From: Christensenellaceae bacterium
GTDB taxonomy: Bacteria; Bacillota; Clostridia; Christensenellales; Borkfalkiaceae
DNA: 64,000 nucleotides
NCBI GenBank assembly: GCA_045644165.1
Contig: JAZRGN010000002.1
Location: forward strand, 41-64,040
Direction: 5' to 3'
Of this stretch, positions 62,442 through 64,000 are shown piece by piece. A program made the translations under genes and the position numbers. Position 1 is the stretch's first letter. Every line of letters starts with the position of its first letter. The notes beneath the pieces were generated by a model. That model saw only the letters and a list, made by a program, of their open reading frames with translations. It made no database searches and was not told the DNA's origin.

Positions 62442-63638
62442 ATGAAAATTTTAGTTGTAAATGCAGGAAGTTCTTCTCTTAAGTATCAACTTATTGATAT
62501 GACCGACGAAAGCGTAGTATTAAAAGGCGTTTGCGAAAGAATTACTTTCGACGGTGGTGTATTAACTCAAAAAACCTTCGACGGAAAAGAAACGATTATT
62601 AAACAAGATATGCCAACCCATAAAGAGGCAATGCAATTAGTTTTAACTGCTATGCTCGATAAGGAAAAGGGCGCGCTTAAAGATATTAGCGAAATCAGCG
62701 CAGTTGGACACAGAGTTCTTCACTCTGCAGAAGATTTCAAAGCGTCTGTTTTAATCGACGATGAAGTTATTAAAATCTGCGAAAAGAATATCGACCTTGG
62801 CCCTCTACATATGCCTGGCAATATCGCTTGCATCAAGAGTTGCCGTGAAGTTATGCCTGGCGTTCCAATGGTTGCAGTTTTCGATACTACTTTCCATTCA
62901 ACCATGCCTGCTAAAGCGTATATGTATGCTATTCCATATGAAGTTTACGACCAATATAAAGTTCGTAAATACGGTTTCCACGGAACTTCTCATAAGTTCG
63001 TAAGCCAAGAAACTGCTAAACTTTTAGTCGACCCTAACGCTAAAATGGTTATTTGCCACCTAGGTAACGGTTCTTCTATTTCTGCAGTTAAAGACGGTAA
63101 ATGTCAAGATACTTCAATGGGCTTTACTCCATTAGAAGGTTTAGTAATGGGAACTCGTTCTGGTGATATCGACCCTGCTGCAGTTGACTTTATTAGAGCA
63201 AAACTTAACATGACATCAGAAGAGATGGTTAACTATCTCAACAAAAAGTGTGGTGTTTTAGGCGTAAGCAAAATCTCAAGCGACCTTCGTGATTTAGAAG
63301 CTGCTACCGACGAGGGCGACGAAAAGGCCTTACTCGCTCTAGAAATGCTTGCTTATAGAGTAAGAAAATACGTTGGTAGTTATATCGCTGTTTTAGGTGG
63401 CGTTGACGCTGTGGTATTCACCGGTGGTATCGGCGAACACTCTCCAAGAATTCGTGGTCTAGTTATGGAAAATATGGAATTCTGTGGCGCTAAATTCGAC
63501 GCAAAGAAGAATGAAGAATACTCTTCAGGTATCGGCTATCTAAACGCAGAAGACTCTAAAGTTAAGATTATCGTTCTTCCAACCAACGAAGAATTATCTA
63601 TCGCAAGAGAAACCAAAGAATTAACCCAAAAAAACTAA
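62442..63638 (+). CDS. ackA: Acetate kinase
   Basis: MKILVVNAGSSSLKYQL.., ..GHRVLH.., ..FHGTSH.., ..FTGGIGEHS... Confidence 0.97.
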   Translation: MKILVVNAGSSSLKYQLIDMTDESVVLKGVCERITFDGGVLTQKTFDGKETIIKQDMPTHKEAMQLVLTAMLDKEKGALKDISEISAVGHRVLHSAEDFKASVLIDDEVIKICEKNIDLGPLHMPGNIACIKSCREVMPGVPMVAVFDTTFHSTMPAKAYMYAIPYEVYDQYKVRKYGFHGTSHKFVSQETAKLLVDPNAKMVICHLGNGSSISAVKDGKCQDTSMGFTPLEGLVMGTRSGDIDPAAVDFIRAKLNMTSEEMVNYLNKKCGVLGVSKISSDLRDLEAATDEGDEKALLALEMLAYRVRKYVGSYIAVLGGVDAVVFTGGIGEHSPRIRGLVMENMEFCGAKFDAKKNEEYSSGIGYLNAEDSKVKIIVLPTNEELSIARETKELTQKN

Positions 63639-63675
63639 AATTGGGTAATAATAACCTAAAAACTTTAAAAAACGT

Positions 63676-63704
63676 TTGACAAGAGCAAAGAAAACGTATA
63701 TACT
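63676..63704 (+). promoter_or_regulatory. Sigma-A-type promoter for the yceD-like gene
   Basis: TTGACA-17 nt-TATACT. Confidence 0.6.
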
Positions 63705-63732
63705 TAACTTTGCTCTTTAACTCGGTGTTGTT

Positions 63733-64000
63733 ATGATTATTGATTTAAGGGAACTAAAGAGAACGGGAAAAGAGGAATGCGACTTCTTCTTTGAGTATTG
63801 TCCGGAATATGAACTGGCAAATATTCCAAACGTAAAATTACTAAACCCCGTGTCTGTTTGCGGAACGGTTACCTTAACTGGTCAACATAGTGCTTATATC
63901 GAAGGAGATGCAGTATTCACACTAGAAGGTGAGTGCACGAGATGTCTTTCACAAGCCTTTAAAAAATACAGCGCAGTTTTCGCCGAGGAAATTAGTCAAA
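63733..64000 (+). CDS. YceD/DUF177 family protein (3' end cut by the window)
   Basis: MIIDLRELKRTGKEECDFFFEY..VSVCGTVTLTG..FTLEGECTRCL.. The frame is open to the window end. Confidence 0.7.
   Translation, partial: MIIDLRELKRTGKEECDFFFEYCPEYELANIPNVKLLNPVSVCGTVTLTGQHSAYIEGDAVFTLEGECTRCLSQAFKKYSAVFAEEISQ

Noticed and set aside
1-64000. Looked for mobile elements, prophage, toxin-antitoxin, restriction-modification or known defence systems, tRNA and rRNA genes.
   Set aside because: I recognised no transposase, integrase, recombinase, cas, RT, nuclease-helicase or methylase-endonuclease pairs, and could build no tRNA cloverleaf. The two XRE regulators have no adjacent toxin-like partner.

Overview
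This is an AT-rich 64-kb chromosomal window from a low-GC Gram-positive (Bacillota/Firmicutes-type) bacterium. It looks spore-forming: it carries CotF-like coat proteins, a SpoIVFA/SpoIVFB-like pair and RicT/YaaT. The content is almost entirely core housekeeping, with Bacillus-like local synteny: lysS-tmk-holB-ricT-(ferredoxin)-yabB-like methyltransferase-rsmI; nth-obg-yhbY; nadD/yqeK fusion-rsfS; tsaE-tsaB-rimI; murF-ddl; rpmG-secE-nusG-rplK-rplA-rplJ-rplL; tmcAL; pta-ackA; yceD. Three riboswitches can be read directly: a preQ1-I-like element before queT, a TPP element before a thiT-like gene on the minus strand, and an FMN element before ribU. There is also an L10-leader-type attenuator. Three short genes below the ORF-track size cut-off were found by eye: a DUF1540-like Cys-rich protein (13511-13663), a 2x[4Fe-4S] ferredoxin (19593-19763) and rpmG (48540-48704). 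Several ORF-track starts were moved to SD-supported internal starts. One accessory-looking block at 52.5-59.2 kb sits where rpoBC would normally follow rplL. It holds an AraC regulator, two TIM-barrel isomerase/epimerases, two Gfo/Idh/MocA oxidoreductases, uxuA and an SDR reductase. I saw no cas genes, true CRISPR array, transposase, integrase, phage genes or recognisable defence genes. The least explained sequence is the ORF-free ~0.8-kb locus at 21.35-22.15 kb. It has phased A-tracts and a near-consensus extended -10 promoter, followed by a hairpin-rich segment and a mosaic array of direct and inverted repeats. This is my best candidate for an undescribed noncoding RNA or DNA element. A second orphan promoter at 13.8 kb (minus strand) predicts a ~35-100 nt sRNA. 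All calls rest on motif recognition by eye; no searches or folding programs were run.
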